A DNA stretch of 54,853 nucleotides from a virus (IMGVR_UViG_3300027278_000016:1-54853), one strand, 5' to 3'; shown: positions 18,424 to 28,093, counted from the first letter of the stretch. Numbers and translations are program-made. Notes: generated by a model not told the origin, from the letters alone.

Positions 18424-20802
18424 ATGTCATATGCTCCAATTAGATTTGCAGGACCTTCATTAATTCCAGTATCTCCAGCCAAAATATACACGGCTGTATC
18501 TTCAATAATTATTAAAGAGTTTACTGTAACAAATTTCAGTAGCTCAACTTTGCCATTTAGTTTGTATTTGCTTGGAGAAAATGGCGATGCAGTTATAAAT
18601 CTCTACGGAGTAAATAGATCAAGTTTAGATCCATACACACTTTACGGAAATGTAGATGTACCAAATAATACAACTCTTAAGTTAGAGCACTCATTAATTT
18701 TAAATGCTGGAGAATCGATTGCAGCAGTTACGACAACACCAAATTGTTATTCATTAACTATATCTGGCGTAGACCTTTCAGGAACCCTTTCAGGTGGCGG
18801 ATCAACGGGTGGAACAACGGGAGCTTCAGGAGCAGGATACTCAGACATAACATCATTAACAACAAATGCAGTAACTACAGGATCAAAAGTATTTTATGTA
18901 AATAACAGCGGTGCATACGTTGCGGGTCAACGTGTACGTGCAATTAATCCACTTGCACTAACAACGTATGTTGAAGGAATTATTTCACAAGTTGTAAAAA
19001 ATGTAAGCATAACAGTAGCAGTTGATGCAAAAAATGGAACAGGAACATACTCTGATTGGGTATTTGCTGTAACTGGAAATCCAGGAACAAATGGAACTGT
19101 AGGAGTTAACGGAGCAGCGGGGCCTACAGGGCCAACAGGTGCAACAGGTCCTACGGGATCAAACGGATTAACAGGCGCAACAGGGCAAGGCTTAAGTCTT
19201 CAAAACGTAGTTGCAGATGTTGCTAGTTTGCCAGCATCTGCGGCCCTTGGCGCAGCATACATTATTTCTGCAACACAAGAAATTTACATTTATAACGGAA
19301 CGGCATGGCAAAATGGTGGAACTTATAAAGGTCCAACAGGATCTACGGGAGCAACAGGCGGAACTGGTCCAACAGGCGGAACTGGTCCAACAGGATCTAA
19401 TGGAAGATCTATTAACATTAAAGGAACAAAAGCAAATGTTGCAGCACTTCCATCTACAGGAAACACATCAGGAGATTCTTGGATTGTACTAACAGATTTA
19501 CACCTCTACGTTTGGGACGGAACGGCTTGGCTAGACGCAGGTCAATTCCAAGGACCCACGGGTGCAACAGGACCAGCTACAATTTCAGTGGGAACAACTT
19601 CTTCAACAGGTCCAACAGGAGTACCGTCTGTAACAAATTCTGGAACAGGAACGGCTGGAGTTTTTGATTTCGTATTACAGCAAGGTCCAATAGGAATCAC
19701 TGGACCAACAGGAAGCGCCGCTACAGTTGCAGTTGGAACAGTTACTTCAACAGGCCCTACAGGCAGCCCACAGGTAACAAATGCTGGAACGGTTAATGAT
19801 GCTTTACTTAACTTTATATTAAAACAAGGACCAACAGGCCCAACGGGCGCACCTGGCCCAACATCCATAGCATTGGGAACAGTTACAGCAACAGGCCCAA
19901 CGGGAGTTATGCAGATAACAAACTCTGGAACAGCAACAGATCTTGTTTTAAACTTTACTTTATTGCAAGGCTCCGCAGGCGCAGTTGGTGCAACAGGACC
20001 AACAGGTGCAAACAGCACGGTTGTCGGACCAACAGGGCCTACAGGTGCAACAGGCCCAACGGGCAATAACGGAGTAGCAGGTGCAGATGGAACTGGAGTT
20101 TCAATACTTGGATCTTACGCTAGTCTTGCAGCATTGCAAGCAGCACATCCATCTGGTCAAACAGGAGATGCGTATTTAGTTAACGGAGAGCTTTATGTCT
20201 GGACAGGCTCGTCCTGGACTAATGTAGGAAGCATTCAGGGCCCTACAGGCGGAACAGGCCCAACGGGTGCAACTGGCGGAACAGGCCCAACAGGAGGAAC
20301 AGGACCAACAGGTGCAAATGGATCCAGCATTCAGGGGCCTACAGGCCCAACTGGCGGAACAGGCCCTACAGGCGGAACAGGTGCAACAGGTGCAACAGGC
20401 ATTGGTGCACAAGGACCAACAGGCCCAACAGGCGCAGACGGACCTTCTGGGGGTCCAACAGGCCCAACGGGTGCAACTGGTCCATCTATCACCGCTAATT
20501 ATATTGTTACAAGCCCAGCAGGTGGCAGTTACACAATAGACGGTACTTCTAACAATCCAGGGTTAATATTACTAAGAGGACACACATACGTGTTTACAGT
20601 AAATGCAACGGGACACCCGTTCTGGTTTCAAACAACAGTTGGTGGCTATAATGCTACATATACTTACGCAACTGGTGTAACAAACGGTGGAGACGATGTA
20701 GGAGGAATTACATTTACTGTTCCCGCGGGAGCACCAAATACTTTGTATTACATTTGTCAATACCATTCAGGAATGAACGGTATCATTACCATAATCGGTT
20801 AA
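18424..20802 (+). CDS. Collagen-like (GPT/GAT/GGT) fibre protein with C-terminal cupredoxin-like domain
   Basis: Multiple G-X-T runs; 3x ...YVW.G..W...G..QGPTG domains; 3x ..VGT..TGPTG...TN.GT...F.L.QG domains; C-terminal GHPF...YYICQYHSGM. Confidence 0.85.
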   Translation: MSYAPIRFAGPSLIPVSPAKIYTAVSSIIIKEFTVTNFSSSTLPFSLYLLGENGDAVINLYGVNRSSLDPYTLYGNVDVPNNTTLKLEHSLILNAGESIAAVTTTPNCYSLTISGVDLSGTLSGGGSTGGTTGASGAGYSDITSLTTNAVTTGSKVFYVNNSGAYVAGQRVRAINPLALTTYVEGIISQVVKNVSITVAVDAKNGTGTYSDWVFAVTGNPGTNGTVGVNGAAGPTGPTGATGPTGSNGLTGATGQGLSLQNVVADVASLPASAALGAAYIISATQEIYIYNGTAWQNGGTYKGPTGSTGATGGTGPTGGTGPTGSNGRSINIKGTKANVAALPSTGNTSGDSWIVLTDLHLYVWDGTAWLDAGQFQGPTGATGPATISVGTTSSTGPTGVPSVTNSGTGTAGVFDFVLQQGPIGITGPTGSAATVAVGTVTSTGPTGSPQVTNAGTVNDALLNFILKQGPTGPTGAPGPTSIALGTVTATGPTGVMQITNSGTATDLVLNFTLLQGSAGAVGATGPTGANSTVVGPTGPTGATGPTGNNGVAGADGTGVSILGSYASLAALQAAHPSGQTGDAYLVNGELYVWTGSSWTNVGSIQGPTGGTGPTGATGGTGPTGGTGPTGANGSSIQGPTGPTGGTGPTGGTGATGATGIGAQGPTGPTGADGPSGGPTGPTGATGPSITANYIVTSPAGGSYTIDGTSNNPGLILLRGHTYVFTVNATGHPFWFQTTVGGYNATYTYATGVTNGGDDVGGITFTVPAGAPNTLYYICQYHSGMNGIITIIG

Positions 20803-20829
20803 TGGCTATATCCTAGAATAAAGGAATAA

Positions 20830-21891
20830 ATGAAAATAGCAGTATATACAGTTGCTTTGAATGAAGAGCAATTTGTTAAGCGTTGGTACGAATCTGCAAA
20901 AGATGCAGACTATTTGCTAATTGCAGATACAGGATCAACTGACAAAACAAAAGAAATAGCATCAGAGTTGGGTATAGAAGTTCATTCTATATCTGTGGCC
21001 CCCTGGCGATTTGATGATGCTAGAAATTCAGCTCTTTCATTAATCCCCTCTGATATAGATTATTGTATATCGCTAGACATGGATGAAGTGTTGTCAGAAG
21101 GTTGGAGGGAAGAATTAGAAAAACTTCCTTCTTCAGTAACAAGACCTATACATAGACTAGTTACTTCATTTGATAAAGATGGAAATCCAGGTGTTGAATT
21201 TGATGCATTAAGAATTCATTCAAGACACGGACACAGGTGGAAATATCCAATACATGAATCTGTTGCGTTTTATGGCATAGAAGAAGTTAGACAAGATGTA
21301 AACATCAAGATCTTCCATTATCCCGATAACAATAAATCAAGAGGGCAATACTTACCTTTGCTAGAAATGGCTGCACAAGAAGATCCTACAAGTGATAGGT
21401 GTGCACATTACTATGCAAGAGAGTTATTCTATTACGCTAGATATAAAGAAGCAGCAGTTGAATTTAAAAGGCATCTAGAGCTTCCTTCAGCTTTTTGGAA
21501 ACCAGAAAGATGCGAGTCTATGAGGTATATAGCAAAGTGTGAGCCAGACGATAAAGAGTACTGGCTAAGACAGGCAATTGCAGAATGCCCAGAAAGAAGA
21601 GAACCCCTTGTAGATCTTGCTCAATATTTTTATGAGCTTCAAGAATGGGACAGAGTAAAAGAGTATTCAGAGCTTGCGTTAAATATAAAAGAAAAGTTCT
21701 TAGGTTATTTCTGTGAATCAGACGCCTGGGGGTGGAAGCCACATGACCTTTTAGCTCTGGCTAACTACAACTTAGGTCTAGACAAAGAGGCACTACTTCA
21801 TGGTAAAATTGCATTGGATCTTAATAATGATGACAGGCTAAAAAAGAATGTACAGTTCTATGAGTCAGCTTTGTCAAACAGTGGAGAATAA
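20830..21891 (+). CDS. Family 2 glycosyltransferase with TPR-like C-terminus
   Basis: KIAVY..ALNEE, DTGSTD, WRFDDARN, DMDE (DxD), WKYPIHE; helical TPR-like C-terminal half. Confidence 0.9.
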   Translation: MKIAVYTVALNEEQFVKRWYESAKDADYLLIADTGSTDKTKEIASELGIEVHSISVAPWRFDDARNSALSLIPSDIDYCISLDMDEVLSEGWREELEKLPSSVTRPIHRLVTSFDKDGNPGVEFDALRIHSRHGHRWKYPIHESVAFYGIEEVRQDVNIKIFHYPDNNKSRGQYLPLLEMAAQEDPTSDRCAHYYARELFYYARYKEAAVEFKRHLELPSAFWKPERCESMRYIAKCEPDDKEYWLRQAIAECPERREPLVDLAQYFYELQEWDRVKEYSELALNIKEKFLGYFCESDAWGWKPHDLLALANYNLGLDKEALLHGKIALDLNNDDRLKKNVQFYESALSNSGE

Positions 21892-23651
21892 TGTCATACA
21901 GATTAAAAGTAATAAAAGATAGTCCAATCGGATTTTGGATGCTTGATGAATCTTCAAGCAGTTCTGTTGCCATGGATTATTCGGGCTGCAATAACAACGG
22001 ATCATATACAGGCTCTCCCGCTACAAATATTTTGCCACTTGTTCCAGGCGGAGGATCGGGTACAAAAATTACAAATGCCGCATACATTACTTTTCCAATA
22101 ACAAATAACTATTACACAAGCACCTCTACGCCAGGGATGGCAACAAAATATTCTTCAGATAACGATTTTAGTATAGAGTGCTGGGTACATCAATCAATTG
22201 AGTCTACTTCAAAAACCACATTGTTTGCAGATAACACTAACAAGGTAGGTCTCTATTGGGACAGGGGAGACATTGTATTTAATGTATCTCAAAATGATGA
22301 AGTTCGATACCCAGTAACTTACTCAAAAAGATCAATGCACATTGTTGGAGTATATTCAATTTCTTCAATTTCTTTATATGTGGATGCAAGACTAGTGGCA
22401 ACAAAATCTTTGTCATCTGAATTTAAATTTACAAATACAGCAATTGCATTTACGGCAGGGCCAACATCAAACGTATCAGATTCTTTTATAGTCGATGCCC
22501 CAGCAATATACAGGTACTCTCTTTCTCCACAATCGGTATTAAGTCATTTTAATGCAGGAAGCGTTTCGTCCTCTGCAATACAAATTGTTGCCCCAGATCA
22601 AGGTATATTGTTTTCAGGCACAGACGCATCTATCAGGGCTCAGTTTCAATATTCATATCCTATAAATAGAAGGTGGACGGAATTCCTAGATGAAAATACA
22701 TACTATGATGAAGCGGCAGGATATATTTCATTTTACAATACTTATACCTCTGTAGCTAAAACATTTATTATGGAAGATTTCTTTATGGTCCCAAGCGGGA
22801 TCCCGTATGTAACTTCAAAGGTTGAGTGGAGAAATGATTTAAATATATCTGTTGAGTCAAGCGTAGACGGGCTGGCATGGGAAAACTGTACAAATGGAAT
22901 GCCATTGCCTCAATATACAAAAGATTCATTTAGCTTAACAGGATTAGTTTATTTAAAGATAACTATGACAACCTCAGATGCCAGCAAGTATCTTCCAAGA
23001 CTTGCATATTTTGCAGTAAGCTTTTATACAAACAAAGATGTCTATGCAGACAACTTTGGATATAAGATATCATCTCCAACTGAATACTATATTGGATCAT
23101 TAAATTACCCAGTTCTTTCAAGACATTATGATAATGGAATAAGAACAAAACCAGGCTCTGGATTTAATTTGTCCGCCTCCTCTTCTGTGAACTCTACAGA
23201 GATGCTCTTTACACCCTCTACAACCGCCGCTAACACCCTTATGTATTTACCTGCAGGCTCAGGCATACCAGAAACAAAGTATGCCTGGAACGGCTCAGGA
23301 ACGGTCTCAAAGGCAAACATCTTATCAATATTTGTAAACGGAATTGATAGAACATCGGCAACTAATATAAGTTCATTTTTAATAGAAGAAGAGCCACACC
23401 ACATAGTGATTAATTTTACTGTACCGATTTTAGGAAACATTCAATTTAATTATTTAGTATCTGGGGGTCCTACATGCCTGTATAACAATATAGCTGTATA
23501 CCCAGATTACCTAACACAGCAAATAGTAAACACCCACTATGGTTTATATATAGGGAAAGCTTTAGTATCTATTTCAGATCCGTCCATTTCTGTGACAGAA
23601 AAACCGTTTAGGGCATACAATAATGACTGGATTGTGTTACAAAGTATATAA
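21891..23651 (+). CDS. LamG-like domain virion structural protein
   Basis: SPIGFWMLDE...DYSGCNNNG...FSIECW...HIVGVY...LYVD...DAPAIYRYSL. Confidence 0.7.
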   Translation: MSYRLKVIKDSPIGFWMLDESSSSSVAMDYSGCNNNGSYTGSPATNILPLVPGGGSGTKITNAAYITFPITNNYYTSTSTPGMATKYSSDNDFSIECWVHQSIESTSKTTLFADNTNKVGLYWDRGDIVFNVSQNDEVRYPVTYSKRSMHIVGVYSISSISLYVDARLVATKSLSSEFKFTNTAIAFTAGPTSNVSDSFIVDAPAIYRYSLSPQSVLSHFNAGSVSSSAIQIVAPDQGILFSGTDASIRAQFQYSYPINRRWTEFLDENTYYDEAAGYISFYNTYTSVAKTFIMEDFFMVPSGIPYVTSKVEWRNDLNISVESSVDGLAWENCTNGMPLPQYTKDSFSLTGLVYLKITMTTSDASKYLPRLAYFAVSFYTNKDVYADNFGYKISSPTEYYIGSLNYPVLSRHYDNGIRTKPGSGFNLSASSSVNSTEMLFTPSTTAANTLMYLPAGSGIPETKYAWNGSGTVSKANILSIFVNGIDRTSATNISSFLIEEEPHHIVINFTVPILGNIQFNYLVSGGPTCLYNNIAVYPDYLTQQIVNTHYGLYIGKALVSISDPSISVTEKPFRAYNNDWIVLQSI

Positions 23652-23697
23652 TTCTGTCACCTCGGTTGACAAAAAGCTGGACTTGAGTAGACAATAA

Positions 23698-23714
23698 TGG
23701 TAAAATAAAGTCCT
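23698..23714 (+). promoter_or_regulatory. Extended -10 TGGTAAAAT 8 nt upstream of an SD-less ATG (leaderless)
   Basis: TAAAAT 23701-23706; TGGACT lies 17 bp upstream; ATG 23715. Confidence 0.55.
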
Positions 23715-24056
23715 ATGGATATCAACAATACTAAATATAAGGTTCTTGATGAAGAAAGCACACTAGGCATATACGTCTGGGAAATGCCCGACGGCAGATG
23801 GATTGGGGATGATGATGGCAATTTTCTTTCAGTCACGTCAAAAAAGAACAACAGGTCTCTCATGGACGCTTTGGCTAGAGAAGTTCGCTCATTTGGTATT
23901 CACGAGGGCAAACCTAAATTCCTTTCTGCCCGAAGAAAAATTGACGACGAAGAATTTGAATACCAGCAACAAAGATTAAAATGGGGATTAATACCAGACC
24001 CGATGGATATTGGTAATTACAAAGATGAAATGAAAAAGATGGGTGGAGCAAAATGA
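23715..24056 (+). CDS. Hypothetical protein preceding the portal
   Basis: 113-aa ORF, ATGA-coupled to the portal. Confidence 0.8.
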   Translation: MDINNTKYKVLDEESTLGIYVWEMPDGRWIGDDDGNFLSVTSKKNNRSLMDALAREVRSFGIHEGKPKFLSARRKIDDEEFEYQQQRLKWGLIPDPMDIGNYKDEMKKMGGAK

Positions 24057-25627
24057 TTCAAGAGCAAGAAGAAGACGGAAGCACTATTGATATATCTAAC
24101 ACATCCGACTGGTTTTCTTTTAAAAAAGAACAGCCAACAGATGACCCATTTGCCATAAGCGGAGACGACCTAAGAAAAATAAGAGGGCTAGGATCAGCAT
24201 TTAAAAGAAAGATTAACAGAGAATTTTCAAAGTCTTTTTCAGGAATTGAAGGAGTTGGCACACAACAAAATCTTCTTGCACAAGCTATTAGCGGCTATGC
24301 AATGTTTGATCTTATTGAGCCGCCATACAACCAAGAGTACCTATCTAAAATTTATGAAGTTTCAACATATAACTATGCAGCAATTAATGCAAAGGTTGCA
24401 AACATTGTCGGGCTCGGCTACGACTTTATTGAAACAAAAAAGACAAATGATGCATTTGATTCAATAACAGATGAGAAGCAATTAGAAAGAGCACGTAAGA
24501 AACTAAACAAATTGCGTCAAGATCTACACGCATGGCTTGACACAACAAATGTGGAAGACACATTTACTCAAACATTAATTAAGGTATACACAGACTTAGA
24601 AGCAACAGGAAACGGCTACATTGAAATTGGTAGAACTACAGGCGGAAACATTGGGTACATAGGTCACATTCCAGCGAAGACAATGCGTGTACGTAGACTC
24701 AGGGATGGCTTTATTCAATTGCTTTACGGCAAGGCTGTTTACTTTAATAATTTTGGAGACTCTGAAACAGAGAACCCAATTGCAGGACAAGAAGATAGAC
24801 CAAATGAAATTATTCATTTAAAGAAGTATACTCCAATGAACAACTACTATGGCATCCCAGATATTGTGGCAGCCCAAGTAGCTTTGGTGGGTAACGAATT
24901 TTCTGGTAAATATAACCTTGACTACTTTGAGAACAAGGCGGTACCTAGATATATTATTACAGTAAAGGGAGCAAAACTTTCACCAGAATCAGAAAGAAAA
25001 TTGCTTGAATTTTTCCAAGTAGGATTAAAGGGGAAGAACCACAGGTCCTTATATGTCCCTCTGCCATCAGATACTCCAGACTCAAAAGTTGAATTTAAAA
25101 TGGAGCCTATCGAAGCTGGCAATCAAGAAGGCTCATTTGAGAAGTATCGCAAATCAAATAGAGACGAAATTCTTCTTGCCCACCGTGTGCCAATTAATAA
25201 AATAGGAACGCCAGAAGGAGTTAACCTAGCAGTTGCTCGTGACGCAGACAAAACATTTAAAGAGCAGGTTTGCCGACCAGCCCAGATGATTCTGGAAAAG
25301 AAAATTAATAATATATTTGACGAAAAGACAGATGCCCTACTCCTAAAGTTTAATGAGTTAACATTAACAGACGAAGACACCCAGTCTAAAATTGATGAAA
25401 GATATTTAAGAATGCAGGTTATAACACCTAATGAAGTTAGAATTAGAAAGGGCATGATTCCAATTGATGGCGGGGACGTAGTAATTGAACTCAAAGGCCC
25501 AGCCGCATCCGAGCAAGCATCCGTAGCTGGAAATACCAGACAAAGATCTCAAGATCGCCAAGCAACCTCCCCAGATGTTTCTGGAGAAGGCAGAAATGCC
25601 AAAGGCGACGGCAGACAAGTTGACTAA
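24053..25627 (+). CDS. Portal protein
   Basis: GNGYIEI.R, HIPAKTMR, NEIIHLK...YYGIP, YFENKAVP, ILLAHRVP, ITPNEVR...G..PIDGGD. Confidence 0.93.
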   Translation: MIQEQEEDGSTIDISNTSDWFSFKKEQPTDDPFAISGDDLRKIRGLGSAFKRKINREFSKSFSGIEGVGTQQNLLAQAISGYAMFDLIEPPYNQEYLSKIYEVSTYNYAAINAKVANIVGLGYDFIETKKTNDAFDSITDEKQLERARKKLNKLRQDLHAWLDTTNVEDTFTQTLIKVYTDLEATGNGYIEIGRTTGGNIGYIGHIPAKTMRVRRLRDGFIQLLYGKAVYFNNFGDSETENPIAGQEDRPNEIIHLKKYTPMNNYYGIPDIVAAQVALVGNEFSGKYNLDYFENKAVPRYIITVKGAKLSPESERKLLEFFQVGLKGKNHRSLYVPLPSDTPDSKVEFKMEPIEAGNQEGSFEKYRKSNRDEILLAHRVPINKIGTPEGVNLAVARDADKTFKEQVCRPAQMILEKKINNIFDEKTDALLLKFNELTLTDEDTQSKIDERYLRMQVITPNEVRIRKGMIPIDGGDVVIELKGPAASEQASVAGNTRQRSQDRQATSPDVSGEGRNAKGDGRQVD

Positions 25628-25643
25628 CCCCACTCAACTGTTA

Positions 25644-25675
25644 TTTGCCTTTTTATCTATAAGTCGCTAAAATTA
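25644..25675 (+). promoter_or_regulatory. Promoter TTGCCT-17-TAAAAT, leaderless, for the head operon
   Basis: TTTGCCTTTT-N13-CTAAAATTA recurs at 31282-31313; ATG 7 nt after the -10; no SD. Confidence 0.65.
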
Positions 25676-25680
25676 AGCAT

Positions 25681-27015
25681 ATGAATATTGAAAAGTCTTT
25701 GTGGTCCAGTCATGGCGACAACATCAGTCTATCGGTTCCCTTTACAAAGGTTAACCGTGAAAAGAGAACGGTGTCGGGATTCGCTACATTAGATAATGTT
25801 GATCAAACAGGCGACGTTGTCACAGCAGAAGCAAGCCTAAAAGCCTTTGAAGGCTTTAGAGGAAATCTTCGTGAGATGCACAACTCAACAGCAGTTGGCA
25901 AGGTTGTTTCATTTAAGCCAGAAACATTTTATGATGCAGCAACAAAAGAATTTTATAACGGCGTATATGTAGATGCATACATTTCAAAAGGCGCACAAGA
26001 TACATGGGAAAAGGTTTTAGACGGAACTCTTTCTGGATTTTCAATTGGCGGAAAGATTAATGAATCAGACAATGAAGTTAACAAGGCAAACGGCAAGACA
26101 GTAAGATTTATTAAAGACTACGATTTGATTGAATTATCAATTGTAGACTCTCCAGCAAATGAACTTTGCAATGTTCTATCTATTCAAAAAGTAAATGGTC
26201 AATTGGTATTTAAAGGAATTGCAGCAGAAGTTGTAACAGAAAACATTTTTTATTGTGAAGAAAGCAATTCTGTTTTTATCTCAACAGAAAAAACATATGA
26301 CTCTCCAGTATCTGGTAAGCCAGCACAACTAATTGGTTGGGTTGAAAGTTCAGATGTTAACAAGTCAAAAGAGATTGATAAGATTCTTGATGCATATAAG
26401 CACTCAAGATTTACGTTGCCTGATACACAAATAGCAAAACAGGCAAACGCAGAAGGAGGTAATAAAATGTCAGAAAACACAGAAAACGTAGTTGCTGAAG
26501 TTGTTGCAGAAGATGCAGTAGTTGAAGTAGCCGTTGAAGAGACAGCAGTTGTTGCAGAAGATGCACCAGCGGCTGAGGCTCCTGCAGAAGATGCAGTAGC
26601 AGAAGACAATACTGCCGAGACTCTGGAAAAAGTAGCCGACGTATCAGAAGATAAGGTTGAAGAACCTGATTTTGCAAAGATGTTAGGCGACCTAAAGGGC
26701 TTTTTCTCAGAGACTCTAAATAAGGCATCAGAAGTTAATGCGGCACAAGTAACAACAATCCAAGAGACTGTTGAGGCTTTCAGCAAGAGCGTAGATGCTA
26801 GAATTTCAGAGTTGGCAGAACAACACACAGTGCTATCAAGCGCTGTAAAAGATATCAAGAGCACGATTGATGGTGTACAAAAGCGTGTCGATGCAGTAGA
26901 GTCCGAGACTGCAATTAAGAAGTCTTCTGATCTTGGCCGATCAGAGGAAGTAACAATCAAGAAATCTAAATGGAACGGTTCTTTCCTCGGTTCCGTAAAC
27001 GAAATATTTAACTAA
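25681..27015 (+). CDS. HK97-type prohead protease fused to a scaffold-like acidic/coiled-coil region
   Basis: VSGFAT..NVDQTGD, REMH (His), LSGFSIGG (Ser), ELSIVDSPAN. Confidence 0.9.
   Translation: MNIEKSLWSSHGDNISLSVPFTKVNREKRTVSGFATLDNVDQTGDVVTAEASLKAFEGFRGNLREMHNSTAVGKVVSFKPETFYDAATKEFYNGVYVDAYISKGAQDTWEKVLDGTLSGFSIGGKINESDNEVNKANGKTVRFIKDYDLIELSIVDSPANELCNVLSIQKVNGQLVFKGIAAEVVTENIFYCEESNSVFISTEKTYDSPVSGKPAQLIGWVESSDVNKSKEIDKILDAYKHSRFTLPDTQIAKQANAEGGNKMSENTENVVAEVVAEDAVVEVAVEETAVVAEDAPAAEAPAEDAVAEDNTAETLEKVADVSEDKVEEPDFAKMLGDLKGFFSETLNKASEVNAAQVTTIQETVEAFSKSVDARISELAEQHTVLSSAVKDIKSTIDGVQKRVDAVESETAIKKSSDLGRSEEVTIKKSKWNGSFLGSVNEIFN
26467..27015 (+). CDS. Nested in-frame scaffolding protein (internal start in the protease gene)
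   Basis: AGGAGGT SD at 26454-26460, 6 nt before an in-frame ATG; Glu/Ala/Val-rich then coiled-coil. Confidence 0.65.
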   Translation: MSENTENVVAEVVAEDAVVEVAVEETAVVAEDAPAAEAPAEDAVAEDNTAETLEKVADVSEDKVEEPDFAKMLGDLKGFFSETLNKASEVNAAQVTTIQETVEAFSKSVDARISELAEQHTVLSSAVKDIKSTIDGVQKRVDAVESETAIKKSSDLGRSEEVTIKKSKWNGSFLGSVNEIFN

Positions 27016-27028
27016 GGTAGGTATAAAA

Positions 27029-28078
27029 ATGAGCAATGAACTATTAGAAAAGGCCGTAGAATCTGGTACAACAGTATCAACAGGTTTCGGCTCAACAACT
27101 GGGGGAACAGGAATCCACCGTCAGTCAGAAAATGGCAACGGCGGACTACTTAACCCAGAACAATCTGCTCGCTTCTTAGACTATATGTTCGACGCAACCG
27201 TAATCGGTAAGGTCGCACGTACAGTTCGTATGAAGTCAGACACAGCAGAAATTGATCGCATGTCAGTAGGCGAAAAGCTTATGAAGCTTGCAACAGAGGC
27301 AGACAACACTGGTGTTAACGCAGCAGTAACTTTCTCAAAAATCTCTTTGACAACAAAGAAGCTACGCATGGACTGGGAGCTTTCAACAGAGTCTCTAGAA
27401 GACAACATTGAAGGTGCAGACCTCGAAGATCACATTGCCCGCTTGATGGCAACACAAGCAGGAAATGACATTGAAGATGTTCTACTTAACGGTGACACAT
27501 CTCTAACAGGAGACGCTCTTTACAAGTCATTCAATGGCGTTGTAAAGAAGGCAAAGACATCAGGTCGCGTCGTAGACGCAGCTGGAGCCGCAGTATCTCG
27601 TGAAGTATTCAACAAGGCACTTAAGGCTATGCCACGTAAGTACAAGCAGCGTCGCGGAGACCTTCGCTTCCTTGCTGGATCAAACTTGATTCAGGACTTC
27701 CTATATGCTAACAGCATTGGAACAAATCAGACAATTCCACAGGATATCGCTTCAAGCGTAATCCGTGGAGGAGTTGCACCACTAGGTGGACCTGCAGGAT
27801 ATGTGGCACCATTCGCATTTGGTATTCCAATTGTTGAAGTTCCACTACTTCCAGAGACACAGACTGGTGATTATTCAGCAGCAACTGGATCACACGGAGA
27901 CGTCCACTTGACATTCCCAAATAACGTAGTTATTGGTATCAAGCGTGATGTAACTGTTTACCGTTTCTTCTGGCCACGTAAGGACTCAATCGAGTACACA
28001 ATGTATACTCGCGTTGGCGTCCAGATCGAACAAGCTGATGCTTGGGTAGTCGTAAAGAACGTTAAGGTTGCTTCTTAA
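27029..28078 (+). CDS. Major capsid protein (HK97 fold)
   Basis: Follows the protease; GGLLNPEQSARF, ELSTESLEDNIEG, EDVLLNGD, FGIPIVEVP; terminator downstream. Confidence 0.93.
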   Translation: MSNELLEKAVESGTTVSTGFGSTTGGTGIHRQSENGNGGLLNPEQSARFLDYMFDATVIGKVARTVRMKSDTAEIDRMSVGEKLMKLATEADNTGVNAAVTFSKISLTTKKLRMDWELSTESLEDNIEGADLEDHIARLMATQAGNDIEDVLLNGDTSLTGDALYKSFNGVVKKAKTSGRVVDAAGAAVSREVFNKALKAMPRKYKQRRGDLRFLAGSNLIQDFLYANSIGTNQTIPQDIASSVIRGGVAPLGGPAGYVAPFAFGIPIVEVPLLPETQTGDYSAATGSHGDVHLTFPNNVVIGIKRDVTVYRFFWPRKDSIEYTMYTRVGVQIEQADAWVVVKNVKVAS

Positions 28079-28093
28079 TTAGAATTAACCCTA

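Noticed and set aside
19353-19394. 18-bp direct repeat AACAGGCGGAACTGGTCC
   Set aside because: Internal duplication of collagen hexapeptide codons; no separate function evident.
19542-20066. 174-aa minus-strand ORF (PVGPV repeats)
   Set aside because: Mirror of the collagen GPT codons on the + strand.
23666-23671. TTGACA as the -35 of the portal-operon promoter
   Set aside because: It lies 29 bp from the TAAAAT -10, too far for a canonical pairing.
26250-26960. 236-aa minus-strand ORF
   Set aside because: Antisense shadow of the low-complexity scaffold region; Ser/Ala/Thr-rich with no motif.
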